64,000 bases of DNA from Salisapilia sapeloensis CBS 127946 (lineage: Eukaryota > Protista > Oomycota): NCBI GenBank assembly GCA_023334545.1, contig JAADVB010000062.1:18346-82345 (forward strand). Direction: 5' to 3'. The notes below the pieces were generated by a model. It searched no databases and had not been told where the DNA came from. It was given only the letters and a program-made list of their open reading frames with translations. Shown in pieces: positions 46,825 through 58,066 of this stretch. The number at the start of each line of letters is the position of its first letter. Within the stretch, counting starts at the first letter, position 1. The position numbers were made by a program, and so were the translations under genes.

Positions 46825-47766
46825 ATGGCACCTCAGCGTCGTGGTCCGAAGCGAAAGCAATCTTCGAGGCAAAATGTACAAAAGGTCCCTGTGAAAGACC
46901 GACCAGAAGAGGAAGTCATCTCTTCTGGCGGGCACGACTGGAGTGGACCGTTCATCTCGCTTCTGCTCTTCTCGGCAGCGCTCGCATCCGTCTACTTTGA
47001 GGTCACTTTCCACCAGGACTACACAAATTCCTCGCAACTCCTGTATGCGACTAAAATTGCCTACATCGCTACTGTCTGTGTGACCACCTACAACAAGACT
47101 GCTTCGTTCTTCGTACCCCAGCATAAAGATCAGCAAACGATCCTAAAGATCGCCGTGGGTCATATCCAAGTGATGGCCATCGCTGTCCTTGCGAACATTG
47201 CCGGGAGTTTGACCACTCAATTCTGCTACGGTGAAACGCTACAGATAGAGGACACAGTGCATGTGGTCATGGCAACGTACACTAGTGTCCAATTGCTCAC
47301 GAGTGTGCTTCAGATCCCTGTTTGGGTGCTGGATCTCATCTGCGGTGTCGCCGTGAGCTGGCTCAAGTCCGTGTCGATTGCATCCACTGCCAGTCGCTGG
47401 AACGAAGACAAGCATATGCATCCAGCGGTGTTCGCAGTCACATCCACGGCGAATCTATTCGCGAGTGGATTAGTGCTGAAGCTTGTCGTCCAGTACAAGA
47501 GCAGCAAACGTATGCGTGACTTGATCTACCCATCTGTGGTGTTCAATGGCGTGTGGGAAGTCGTCAAAGTGATGTGCATCGCTTCTGCTGTGACCGGAGC
47601 GGCACACATTGCCAACCACTTTTACACGCAAAGCGAGATGAAGATTGAAGCGGAAGTCTTGTACTTTATCGTTGCGTTCTACGCGTTGCGAAAGTACTGG
47701 TCTCCAGCCTTGCAAGAGTCCTTGGGCGCGAATGGCGAAGCGCAAGCCACGAAGAAGACGCAGTAA
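46825..47766 (+). CDS. Multi-pass membrane protein, weak TRIC/TMEM38 resemblance
   Basis: Several TM segments; LANIAGSLTTQFCYGE...VVMAT resembles the TRIC motif FAGxILxxFLLGEP...LLAT (recalled). The family call is weak. Confidence 0.6.
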   Translation: MAPQRRGPKRKQSSRQNVQKVPVKDRPEEEVISSGGHDWSGPFISLLLFSAALASVYFEVTFHQDYTNSSQLLYATKIAYIATVCVTTYNKTASFFVPQHKDQQTILKIAVGHIQVMAIAVLANIAGSLTTQFCYGETLQIEDTVHVVMATYTSVQLLTSVLQIPVWVLDLICGVAVSWLKSVSIASTASRWNEDKHMHPAVFAVTSTANLFASGLVLKLVVQYKSSKRMRDLIYPSVVFNGVWEVVKVMCIASAVTGAAHIANHFYTQSEMKIEAEVLYFIVAFYALRKYWSPALQESLGANGEAQATKKTQ

Positions 47767-48185
47767 GACGTAGTCACCCAGTCTTTGGCACAAGTCTCCA
47801 CGTCTTTTGAAGACTAGAATGGAGACGGATTTGTGCCATCAGCTTTGACTACATTTTAGTTCTAGAGATGCCAGTGTATCGTTCTCCATAAACGCAATCC
47901 GGAGACGAATGCAGCAAATACAGCTCTTCTTTCCCTAGCAATTGCGTCTCCCGTGTACGCACTATCCATGATACGCAAGAATCTGAACACTTGATTTAGC
48001 CATTGAATCGCTAATACGGCACACAGCAATGGAAAGTGAGGGCACGAAGCTCTGGATGAGCAAGTAGACACCTAACTCCATTTTCAATAACTCATCACCT
48101 TAGTCCTGTCGAGTATACTTCGATCAAGTGTATTCGACCAGCAGATAGACTTGAAGTTTATATCGACTAGCGCATCAAACAGAAA

Positions 48186-49441
48186 ATGCCAGAAGATGAA
48201 GTCATTGCGGCGGAGCTCGCTGCTTGGGTATTAGATACATATCTACTTTTCTTTATAGTCGTAAAGACTAGGAGAATCATGCTCTTCATATGCTGTGTAG
48301 AAAGTAGAGGCCCAGCACTTTATCGCGTCGACGTATAGCAAGGTTTTGCCGCGTCTGTCGAATGAGCTGGAGCGACTTGATCTTCTCTGCAGCCGAATGG
48401 ATTTAAAGCAAAAATCATTGCGTTTGGCGGATTTTAACGGCACCAGCAACCTCGGCATGAAAGGGCAAGTGTCCGTGACGGGGGATCTGGTTACCGAAGC
48501 AGAGCTAGAGCTCACCGGAACCAAATCCATTCCTCAAGTCAGGTATCATCCAGTCGCTACGATTACATCAGAGGATCTACGGTAACGTCCAGTATTTGCT
48601 TGATTATCAATGCAGGCTCGAGAATTGCTCCGTGCTATCTCAGATCCTAGAGTTTTACGACCTCATCCGTCGTCAGCGACACGATTTTGAACAAGTCAGT
48701 GAAGCTCATGACGAGTCGAATCAGTCCACAGATAAGCCAGAAGACTCGTATACTTCTGCGCTAAAAGACTTACAAGACGCAAGTATATCAAAGTGTTCTT
48801 TTTGATAGTTCTTCTGATTATCTCTTTAGATCTTGGACACTGCGTCGACTACGATCGGCCAAGCGAAAGAGCTGTTGCAATCCCCGAGTAAAGACCGCTT
48901 TCCGTTTACTTCGATTGATCATGTACGACTCTAGTCGCCTCGTTCTGTCCGCAGTTACTAAAAGAATGTACAGCGATTTAAACCTCAGCTTCCATCCGGC
49001 ATCGTCATCGAGTTCTCCATCTATCGAGCAGATTTGGTGCGTAGCCCAGTAGAAAAATTCGTGTCGAAAAGGATCGCTTACGAGCTATTAAACCTGCTAT
49101 CGTATATGAATGATATGGACACGCAGCTTGTCGAGGTGTTCGACTTGACAGAGACAAAAAAGGCGCCTAATTACCTTCCGTCCGGCTTGCCTGCTTCACG
49201 AGACTTTATCGGTTGCGTGTGGTATGATTTTCTTTATAGTATTTATCACAGGGTATGTGGTCTGATAGTATACACGTGTAGCACCCTGGGTGAGCGCCAT
49301 GTCGAGATCCTGGACTATGTGTACTACACGACGCCCTTACCATCCATCGAGAAGATTTATCAGTCCATGGAAGAGTGCTACAATCTTGTGAATCGACAGC
49401 GAAATAACTGTCGTGCTCTGATAGCTTGCACGTCCGTTTAA
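48186..49441 (+). CDS. ROGDI: ROGDI/Rav2-like leucine zipper protein, multi-exon
   Basis: AELAAW; GMKGQVSVTGDLVTEAELEL vs human [36 protein letters not shown] vs MFAPALPSDLLVNVYI; LGERHVEI...PLPSI vs WGSQRLEV...VIPWL (human sequence recalled). Confidence 0.65.
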
Positions 49442-50062
49442 AATACCAAGTGTCTGCTTTTGACGTCGCACTACTGATACAAAGTTCCATCTTTTTCGTC
49501 TGAAGTTTAATAAGGTTCATTACTGCGTATTCAAGGCAGAGTATTTATGTCTATGAAGATTAAGGATTAGACATGTGCGGATTGTTCTCTACATAGAGAC
49601 ACAAAGTAACTTGTCTGTATTTCTAGTCTTGTAAACATCAGTGACTTGGGATGCCTTCCTATCACCAAGAGAGCTTTGCATTCGCCGGATTAGAAATTGA
49701 ACAAGAGCCTTGAATGATAAAGAAAAGTGATGAGTATGCATGAACGTAAGAAAATGTGACATGCGAAGGAAACCTGTGCGTAGATGGTAGAAATGGCATA
49801 CGCAACGGCAATGGAAATGATCGCTATATAATATAAAAATAGTATTGGCAACGTTGCCAATGGAAAAGGTTATAAAGTTATGCCTGGTACTGCATCAAAA
49901 GGAAAGCAACAAGAAACATACATTAAAGTTTTAAATCAAATGCATTTAAACTGTTCTTGAAGACTCCTCGAATACGTCGTGTTTGCTGCTCAAAACGAAG
50001 AGCAAGGAGCCTAAATACGACAGAGCAAAAACTGCCACCATAATATTAAAACCAAAAATGAA

Positions 50063-50135
50063 CGCCCACCGTGGGGCTCGAACCCACGACCACAAGATTA
50101 AGAGTCTTGCGCTCTACCGACTGAGCTAGACGGGC
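50063..50135 (-). tRNA. tRNA-Lys-CTT: tRNA-Lys (anticodon CTT)
   Basis: GCCCGTCTAGCTCAGTCGGTAGAGCGCAAGACTCTTAATCTTGTGGTCGTGGGTTCGAGCCCCACGGTGGGCG gives a full cloverleaf with A/B boxes and a downstream T5 Pol III terminator. Confidence 0.97.
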
Positions 50136-50294
50136 TTATTGATACTATATGCATTTTAATATATATAAACATTTAAATTAGAAAGTATCCGTTTCAACTT
50201 TAGATGGGTTCCATTCTACTTGACGGGGCTTTACATTTGCTTGGAAGCTTATCGATTAAATTGTGAGTGTTAAACACTACTTTGTGAGCCAATT

Positions 50295-52367
50295 ATGGTG
50301 GAAGAAGTTCACGATGAGACCAGCAATGTCGATCAATCGACAGCAGTCCCTAAAGCTACTGCTCCTGGTCGACTTTCATTTACTCTATCACAGCAACCAA
50401 GCGGTAATCCTTTGCCGATCAAAAGACAGCTCACAGGCATAAGACCAAAAGTGGCTTTGCGGAAACGTGGAATGTCGTTTAAAGAAGTCACAAAGCTAGA
50501 GATTACCACGGATGAAGATGGCGTGGAGCATCTTAATCAGTAGTGCGTGTTTCTACTTGCCACTCTAATACCTCACTAGGACGACAAAGCTTACATCTAT
50601 GTATGGTGGTTAGTAAAATGCTCGATGTGCTAGGCAAAGGTGCCTATGGTACCGTATTCAAGGTCGAGTCGACGAAAACCGGGGAATTTCTAGCAGCGAA
50701 AGCAGTGGACAAAAAGGTATACTTGTCGTATCTTGAGTACATACGTCAGCGATGCTTATCATATATATGATAATGTATAGGCACTGAAAAGGGTTCGTGT
50801 CGGTCGATTCGGCAATGCTCTTCAGAACGTCAAGAAAGAGTTGAACATTTGGAAGAAGCTTAATCATCGACACATTGTCTTGTTGCGAGAGATCATTGAT
50901 TCGGAGGGTAATTCTTTTTGAATATGCTCCATTATTATACACATCATTGTGCATGGCAGTATGGGCAATTATATCTCACCTGTTTGGATTGACTTGGTAC
51001 CTAGATTGTAATACGCTCTACATGATTAGTGAGCTGGTCGACGGAGGAACCGTTCTGGATGACAACGTGTATGTACCCTTTGAGCTATCCATAATGTTTC
51101 ACCTGGACATAACCTATTTCACCCTAGTCACTGCACACCATTAGATCCATCCTTGACCAAACTCTACTTTTGTGAGTTGGTAGGAACCTTATAAGCTTTA
51201 GACAAACAAAAAGACTTGTAGCTAAAGTTCTTTCGTCTAGATCGAAGGCGTTGACTTCTTGCATGAGAACAAGGTCAATTGTATCTTTTGGAGTTCATAG
51301 TCCATCTCCTACATTCAATTTGAAATAGATCATCCATCGAGATATCAAGCCGGGCAATCTGCTGTTAAAGCGCATGGAAGATAACGCGCATGTCCTCAAA
51401 ATTGCTGACTTTGGTGTTTCCCACGTACTATGATAGTGTCCGATCTTGTAATATGCATTGAAAGCTTATACGTCGTAACTAGGAGATAGAGGGAGATGAC
51501 GACAGCATGCGTCAGACGACTGGAACAGCGATCTTCAACGGTAGAATACCGCTCAATGGTAGTCTTTCTACATCTCGGCTGATAACTGTGCGTACAATTT
51601 ATAGCACCGGAAATGCTAACTGGGGAGACATTCCATGGCAAACCGATCGACATTTGGGCTTGTGGTGTGACATTGTACATGTTCGTGTACGGCCATCCTC
51701 CATTCGAAGCCCAGACGATGACAGACTTATACAGCCGTATTCAGGTGCGATATGCTTCAAGTCGATGAGCAGAACCATAGTAGAGTCTTTAACGTGCCAT
51801 ACAGAACGATCCTATCGTCTACGCCGAAGCTGTCAATGATGTCCCAGTGGACAAGGACCTTATAGATTTATTAAAACACGTAAGCGTCACCTAAGCGTGC
51901 TATATTCATATCACAAAACACTCATGTCCTCCACGCATACCTTTAGATACTCGAAAAAGACCCCGAAAAGCGATACACGACCGCACAAATAAGAGTAGAT
52001 ACTCTTTGATGCATCTTTGTTACAGTAAATGATACGGTACTAAAGCGATGCACAGACGCATTCATGGGCATCGACCGAGTTCCAAACGACAGCTATGAAG
52101 TGTGTGACGCATACCGATGGAAGGCGGAAATCGTCATTTGCTGGTGGTCTATCTTCCATCCTGTCCGTCGGAAAATCTATCAAAGACCTCTTTTCCAGGT
52201 ATGTGTCAAGTCACACAGCGAGTGACTCATGTTGACTTGTACATAGGAGTCCAAGCACGGTGTTTCCAACCCTGTCACCAAATACGTCGGGTACCAAACT
52301 TGACGCAGAAGATGAATTGGCACAAAATTCTCAAGATAAAACTATTCAGGATGAAGGCAGTAACTAG
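50295..52367 (+). CDS. CaMKK / SnRK1-activating-type Ser/Thr kinase, many short introns
   Basis: [50 protein letters not shown], and [19 protein letters not shown] assembled across GT-AG introns. Confidence 0.82.
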
Positions 52368-52429
52368 ACGTCAGCACAGAGTCAAGTAGGCAATGGATAC
52401 CATTAATAGGATCGAAACGACTACTTCAT

Positions 52430-52909
52430 TTACTTTTTATCCGAATGTCCTAAATCCTTCGTCGGACTGACATAATCCCGAACAATCTGCTTCAGTTCCT
52501 TGGATTCAGGGAATGCCCGTTTGATACGACGGTCCCATAGGACGACGGTTTCCTGCTGCTTGGTCTCGTCGTGAAGGTATATCTTGAACGTACCACCTTC
52601 GATTGGCTCAGGCGTCAGAGTAACTGATCGAAGTGCACATTTTAAGTCAGTTTGGAAAGTCGCGAGTAGTTCTTGCGCGAGCCACGCCGCCCGAAGGTTC
52701 CACCGACACCCTGGACAGTACTCGATCTCCACGACATAGTGCCGAGGGGTCATGTCGTCCGCTTTCTCTGCATCCTTACGTCTTTTTTCTGCCTCCTTTT
52801 TGCTCTTTTCTGCCTTTAGCTGTTTCTTTACTTCAGTGCGGTGCACTGAGAATTGCTGGACTGCTACAGCGGCGGATGCCAGGAGCGCTAGCTGAATGTA
52901 CTGCTGCAT
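52430..52909 (-). CDS. Rdx family (SelW/SelT-like) CxxC protein with N-terminal hydrophobic/charged extension
   Basis: VEIEYCPGCRWNLRAAWLAQELL, GGTFKI, LWDRR...FPESKELKQIVRD...DLGHSD. Cys form, no Sec. Confidence 0.88.
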   Translation of the reverse strand: MQQYIQLALLASAAVAVQQFSVHRTEVKKQLKAEKSKKEAEKRRKDAEKADDMTPRHYVVEIEYCPGCRWNLRAAWLAQELLATFQTDLKCALRSVTLTPEPIEGGTFKIYLHDETKQQETVVLWDRRIKRAFPESKELKQIVRDYVSPTKDLGHSDKK

Positions 52910-52918
52910 CTTTGCTTC

Positions 52919-52934
52919 GAATTGAGAAAATGAG
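52919..52934 (-). promoter_or_regulatory. Oomycete Inr/FPR core promoter
   Basis: Minus strand CTCATTTTCTCAATTC just upstream of ATG 52909. Confidence 0.55.
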
Positions 52935-53143
52935 AATTCGTGTCCGAATATGTTGTCGGCCTTATCAACCAATCACAGCGCTGACTGTGTCCAATTCATA
53001 ATAATCTCCAATCGAAAACTATTGACGAAGTAAATAGATAGCGACATCATTGAAGCAGAAGATAAAATTATCTACCAAGATCTAGTAAGAGTAATGAATA
53101 CGTGTTGGTCACTTTATACCATTCGGTCTTTGTACGCATGTGC

Positions 53144-53707
53144 TTACATCGCCACGGCAGCTGCAACGGCAGAAAGAGCCACGGCGGAGACAGAGAAAGT
53201 CATGATCTGAGCCGCGCCGTCGGATCCAGTGGAACCACTGGATGCGGCCGTAACACCGGAGGCATCGCTAGCGGCCGATGCATCCATGCCAGCAGATCCG
53301 ACGGATCCCATGGATCCAGAGCCAGAGCCGGATGCGCTGCAAGTCGCGTCAGCGAAAGCGCTTTCCTTCGAAGTACTGTCCTTCTCGCCAGGATGGGACA
53401 ATCCGGTTTTACGCTGTAGAACATCGTCGTTGCCTTCGGACCACTTGCAGCACGGGTCGCCGAGCTCCTGACCGTTCGTCTGTCCATCACCATCGGAGTC
53501 TTTCTCACAGAGGTCCTTCGTCCACTTTTTGCCGGCAGCTTCAAAGTCTTCGCCGAATGCGTTGCGCTTTCCACCTCCACTGTGGTTAACGTGTCCGAGC
53601 GCCTTAACGCCATCGACATTGGCGCCATTGGGAATCTTGCTGACGAACTGCGGGTGCGCGTAGGCAGTGGAGATCAAGGCAGCGATGGCGAGGTAGAAGA
53701 CTTTCAT
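53144..53707 (-). CDS. Temptin-like secreted, probably GPI-anchored protein
   Basis: Signal peptide, IPNG...GHVN..GGGKRNAFG, WTKDLCEKDSDGDGQTNGQELGDPCCKW, Ser/Gly linker and hydrophobic C-terminus. Confidence 0.85.
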   Translation of the reverse strand: MKVFYLAIAALISTAYAHPQFVSKIPNGANVDGVKALGHVNHSGGGKRNAFGEDFEAAGKKWTKDLCEKDSDGDGQTNGQELGDPCCKWSEGNDDVLQRKTGLSHPGEKDSTSKESAFADATCSASGSGSGSMGSVGSAGMDASAASDASGVTAASSGSTGSDGAAQIMTFSVSAVALSAVAAAVAM

Positions 53708-53740
53708 CGTAGTTGGGAGTTGGGATATGCTCGGTGCGAG

Positions 53741-53757
53741 GAAACTTGGAAACTGAC
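53741..53757 (-). promoter_or_regulatory. Inr/FPR-like core promoter of the temptin gene
   Basis: Minus strand GTCAGTTTCCAAGTTTC about 35 nt upstream of the ATG. Confidence 0.4.
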
Positions 53758-56369
53758 GAAAACTCTGGAAAGCGGAGAGAAGCTCCTACGGCATCCACAT
53801 GTTCAAATGACACTGTTTCAAATGACAACAAATCACCTATTTGATCCTGAAAATCTTCTAGCACTGGGTTTTATACCCACTAAACATAGTACTCGGCATT
53901 TGACCGGACCAGCGGAACCGCGGTATGGACATAGACGCCACAATCCCGCAAGTAGCACGAACAGTAGGTGCACATCGAATTATCTTTCGAGAGTCTAGAC
54001 TAGGCTACGCGAACGTTTAATCGTATTGATAAGCGCCAGATCAATGCCATAAGCGTGATGACTGTATAGATTCGATAAAAAGTAGAGCGATCGCCCGCTG
54101 ACTTGTCAGTGACGTGGAAATTCGGCAACGGGCGTACTATCAAACGATTTAGTACCATCGGAACGGCGGACATGGTAGTCCAGACAATATTGAGCAAAGT
54201 TTCTTCCGATCCCGCTCGATCACCATTCCAGCGAATGAGCGTTCCAACTTCCAGCAGTTACCGCTTTTGTGTCCCACGCTTGGCTTTTTGTCCCGGCATT
54301 TGTCGATTACAATTGTACTGCGACCTTCTGAGTTGCTTCATCATCTGGTTGAGCATGTTGTAAAGCGAACTGTAGATCTCTGATGTGCCGGGCTCACGAC
54401 TATAGAAGCATAGAAAAAGCAAAGAGTATTGTTTGGTACACCGTATGACTTCAGTGACTACTACTACCAACAGAATGCAAATCCAGTTAAGCGTACGGAG
54501 ATTCTGGTAGTGACAAGTTTACTATCGAGTACGCTTTGAGAATCAATAATCCAGCAGCTCTATCTTCTCGGAACGATGATTTGATCGTTAAAAAGGCCAT
54601 AACCCGTTTTTCGAACTGTCAACGTGGCAAATACACGTCGCCCCTATCGATCAGCCAGTCTGATAACATGCCACTATGCTAGCTATCAAGCATGTCTCGG
54701 CTTCATCTGCAGGATAAAGGGGTGCACTCTATTCTCTACTGGATATCGCTTGCAGAGAGATTGTTGCTGCAAAAGGATGCGACTTTGTACTTATAACGCG
54801 ATTGGGACAATAGAGCGTTCTGTCCCAGGCACGACCTCTCTAAAATGATGGGATATCCCAAGTTTCCATCAAATGCATGAAAATGAACACGCCAATTCAA
54901 CGAATATTAACTTTGTTAGAAACTAACTGGTGCCTTTCGTTCAAAACAAAATTAACAGGTTCTTTTATGTAACAATATACTCTTTTTATTCATATTATGA
55001 AATATATTGTGTATGACAGGTAACTCGACTTCACGAGCTATCGATCCGGCGTAGCTAAATCTGGAAGCTATCTTGCAAGAAGCAAGAATGCTACAGATAC
55101 ATGGCGTGTTGTATGATCAGAGACAGAACTGACGGATGTGACAGGTTTGAACCAGAAACAGGACTATGCGATCAAAGAGAGTTGGAGAAACGATCTGACC
55201 GTGCACTAGAAACTTATCACGCGGCTAGTCTTCAGTAAGGGAAGCCACATGCTGCCAGAGTGAATGTGGCAACGTTTTTTGAAAGAATCAGAGAAACCTG
55301 CGTACACTGTATCCCATTACCAGCATCAGCGCCAAAATTTGAAGGAAATGAACCAAGTTATCATTGGATGCACATTCATCATATTCAGTTCGAATGTTAT
55401 CAGTCCATCCTACTTGCACGAAGCGTGAGTGAACGCGTAAAAATACTCAATGTGACGTTCCATTTAGTAGATCTAATTGGTCACTTAAATTAATTTGTTG
55501 CTTCAATTGTACCGAAGCAATCTCAAGTGTGCCTTTACCTCGATCTTCATATCAATTGCTTCAAAGCCCAGAGTCACTGACCAAGGTCTACGCATTCAGC
55601 TCGAGCCAAAGCCTTTGTATGAAGTATAACACCTCTCACTGAAAATGTTTTACAAAGTACCTTGTAGGAAAGCAAATAACTTGTCCACTCAACTAGCATT
55701 TAAGTAGATAGCGTATCGTTCTACTGTACTCTTGAAGTACGAACGCCCTGCTCTAGAAATTCAAAAGTATTCATGACAGTCAATCCTTTGCTTTTATTAA
55801 TTTCACATGTGCTTGCTTCCTTAGCTTCATCCAGGTACTCTAGATCACACTGATAAAGACACAACATGCCTATGATCATCGTTATATAGACAGGTCTTCC
55901 AAGCTTTGATGTTCACAGTAAATCAAGAAAACACACTAGCCTGATAGCCTCTATCAAACCCTTCTACAGGCCCTCCCACGTAAATTGCCTCTGACGCCTG
56001 ACTTGGTGTCGACTGTCTCAAGCAATCGCTCAATCGTACCCATTCCCGTGTTTTAGAAAAACTTGTCCGATCTAGAATATTAGTAGAGTGGAGGAGAAAC
56101 ACGCAATTGTCTCGTAACCGTCGATGCCAACAAGTGCATGTTCAAGTTACCAACTTCGCCTCAGCCCAAGTTACCACTTGCTGTTCCCTAAATCACGACG
56201 CTTTCGTACATTTTAAACTGATGCAACACCTACAGCCATGAACTCAGACTCTACAGATCAACATGTATTTCCCATATTAAAAACCCAACGTCGATTACAT
56301 GTAAAACACTGCTCATTTTCATTATCTACTTGCTCCCGTCGTAAACCCATCAGGTCTGACACTTTCCAA

Positions 56370-58001
56370 TCAGTTTGCATGGACTCGTACATGCTCCCGC
56401 ATCCGAACGTGTTCGTCTTGGATCTGTTTTTCAAGCTTGGCCACATTTGCATGGGCGTTCAACTCGTAAATGCGTTCGAACGAGTGTGTGTTCTGTTCCA
56501 GCACCGTCTTCCAAGCCTGTCCGCCACACACATCCAGCTTGGAGCGCATAATCACTTTCTCGCCGTTCGGAAGGAGAACGCCAACAAGTACAGAGCCTTC
56601 TTCCAACTGCAGACCCTCTGCCTCGTCACTCGTAACGTTGTACACGACGCAGTTGGGTGCGTTGATGACATGGGCCGTGACGTTGATCAGAATACTGCCA
56701 TTCGCATGTACTTCCTTGGCCACGACGCCACTGAGCACACTCTGCGTGATGGATCCTTCTTCAATTTCACAGTTCAGAACTGTGGCAGAGTCCAGAGACA
56801 ACTGTTGACCGAGTTCACTACGTTCGCAGCTATCGCGGATACCGAGGAACTGACGCAGACATTCGGCCTCGACACCACGCTGAGTCACGAGCCAATTGTT
56901 CTTCAAGTAGAGCTTCAGCTGACCATAATCCCACCAGTAGACGTCGCTACCAACGTCGACGCAGCCAAAGAGCGGCTTCTCTTGCTCCTGCGACTTTTGG
57001 AAGCGCGTGAGCATACCGGCCATGCGGTCAAAGTGCGTCTCTGCGTCCGACACGCTCGTGCCTTTCTGCTGCATGATCTCAATGTACGCTTCTCGCTCGA
57101 GCGTCATGGGCATCCAAAAGTGCGGATCACTGTCCAACTTGCCCTTCTTGGCACTCAATTCGGACGAGAACTCGTGTAGCAGAGCTGAGAGCATCGGAGA
57201 GTCCACACTGAAGGATCCGAGCGATGTGCCGACGGACTTGAGCTCCCCAAGACTCGATAGCAAGCGCTTGGCGGTGTCGTACGTGACTTTGTCCACTTGT
57301 GCAGCATCCTCTTGCTGGTTCACAGCGATGAGACCGTACTTGTCCAGTCCCTTTTGTTCCCACTCGTCTCGGCCAGGCATGGGTGCTAAGGCAGCGAGGA
57401 TGTCTACGTGGTGCTTAGCTTCGTATTTGACGGCGGCGGACGGGATGAAGACTTGGTCACCCCAGAAGACAGATAGCCTGCCCTTGCGGCTAGAGGCGTA
57501 GACGCCCGTCTGCTTGATCACAGCTTCGAGAATGGTCATAGGCGCAAAGTCGTCACCGAGTTGGACCATGGCAGGCAGCTTGACGCCGCTCTTGTTGTTG
57601 TTCTCGCTGCCGGGCAATGGCGCCAAGCGCGTGCCTTTGCCGGCTGTGTGGTAAAGCGCGACGCTGACGCTGTTGCTGGCGAGCATCGCCGGCAAGTCCA
57701 TATCGTACTGCTCTTTAGCGGCCTTGACGGCCTTAGTGTACGCATAGAGCGTGCCGAGACCGTTGCCGGCGCCTCCGTCCCAGTCTTCGTGGACGGCAAC
57801 GACACGACAGGTGGCCGGAGAGATGCTGCCTCGCGTGGCGAGCAGTCGCTCTTGCCAGTACTCTGCCTGGAAAGGCGTGGATGTGCACACGATGAGCACG
57901 TCATAGCCGTGCAGTTTGTTCATTTCGTGGATAGCATACTCGTGCGGTGACGTGTGGGTCGTGGCGACCGTCGGGAGTGTCGTGTTGGTCGTTCTGCACA
58001 T
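56370..58001 (-). CDS. NDP-sugar pyrophosphorylase-fold (nucleotidyltransferase + left-handed beta-helix) protein of unknown substrate
   Basis: HTAGKGTRLAPL...NK..VKLP (GxGTRLxP..K signature), FWGDQ, YWWDYG and a hexapeptide-like tail. Intronless. Confidence 0.65.
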   Translation of the reverse strand: MCRTTNTTLPTVATTHTSPHEYAIHEMNKLHGYDVLIVCTSTPFQAEYWQERLLATRGSISPATCRVVAVHEDWDGGAGNGLGTLYAYTKAVKAAKEQYDMDLPAMLASNSVSVALYHTAGKGTRLAPLPGSENNNKSGVKLPAMVQLGDDFAPMTILEAVIKQTGVYASSRKGRLSVFWGDQVFIPSAAVKYEAKHHVDILAALAPMPGRDEWEQKGLDKYGLIAVNQQEDAAQVDKVTYDTAKRLLSSLGELKSVGTSLGSFSVDSPMLSALLHEFSSELSAKKGKLDSDPHFWMPMTLEREAYIEIMQQKGTSVSDAETHFDRMAGMLTRFQKSQEQEKPLFGCVDVGSDVYWWDYGQLKLYLKNNWLVTQRGVEAECLRQFLGIRDSCERSELGQQLSLDSATVLNCEIEEGSITQSVLSGVVAKEVHANGSILINVTAHVINAPNCVVYNVTSDEAEGLQLEEGSVLVGVLLPNGEKVIMRSKLDVCGGQAWKTVLEQNTHSFERIYELNAHANVAKLEKQIQDEHVRMREHVRVHAN

Positions 58002-58050
58002 GGTCGAAGGAATCTCGGGCGTCTGCGAGAGGGATCGGAGCACTTGAAAT

Positions 58051-58066
58051 CAAATGTCGAAGTGAG
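58051..58066 (-). promoter_or_regulatory. Oomycete Inr/FPR core promoter
   Basis: Minus strand CTCACTTCGACATTTG, 50-65 nt upstream of ATG 58001. Confidence 0.6.

Noticed and set aside
52430-52972. Selenoprotein / UGA recoding in the Rdx gene
   Set aside because: The active site is CPGC with Cys codons and there is no in-frame TGA.
56238-57179. 313-aa plus-strand ORF
   Set aside because: Antisense to the nucleotidyltransferase-fold gene.
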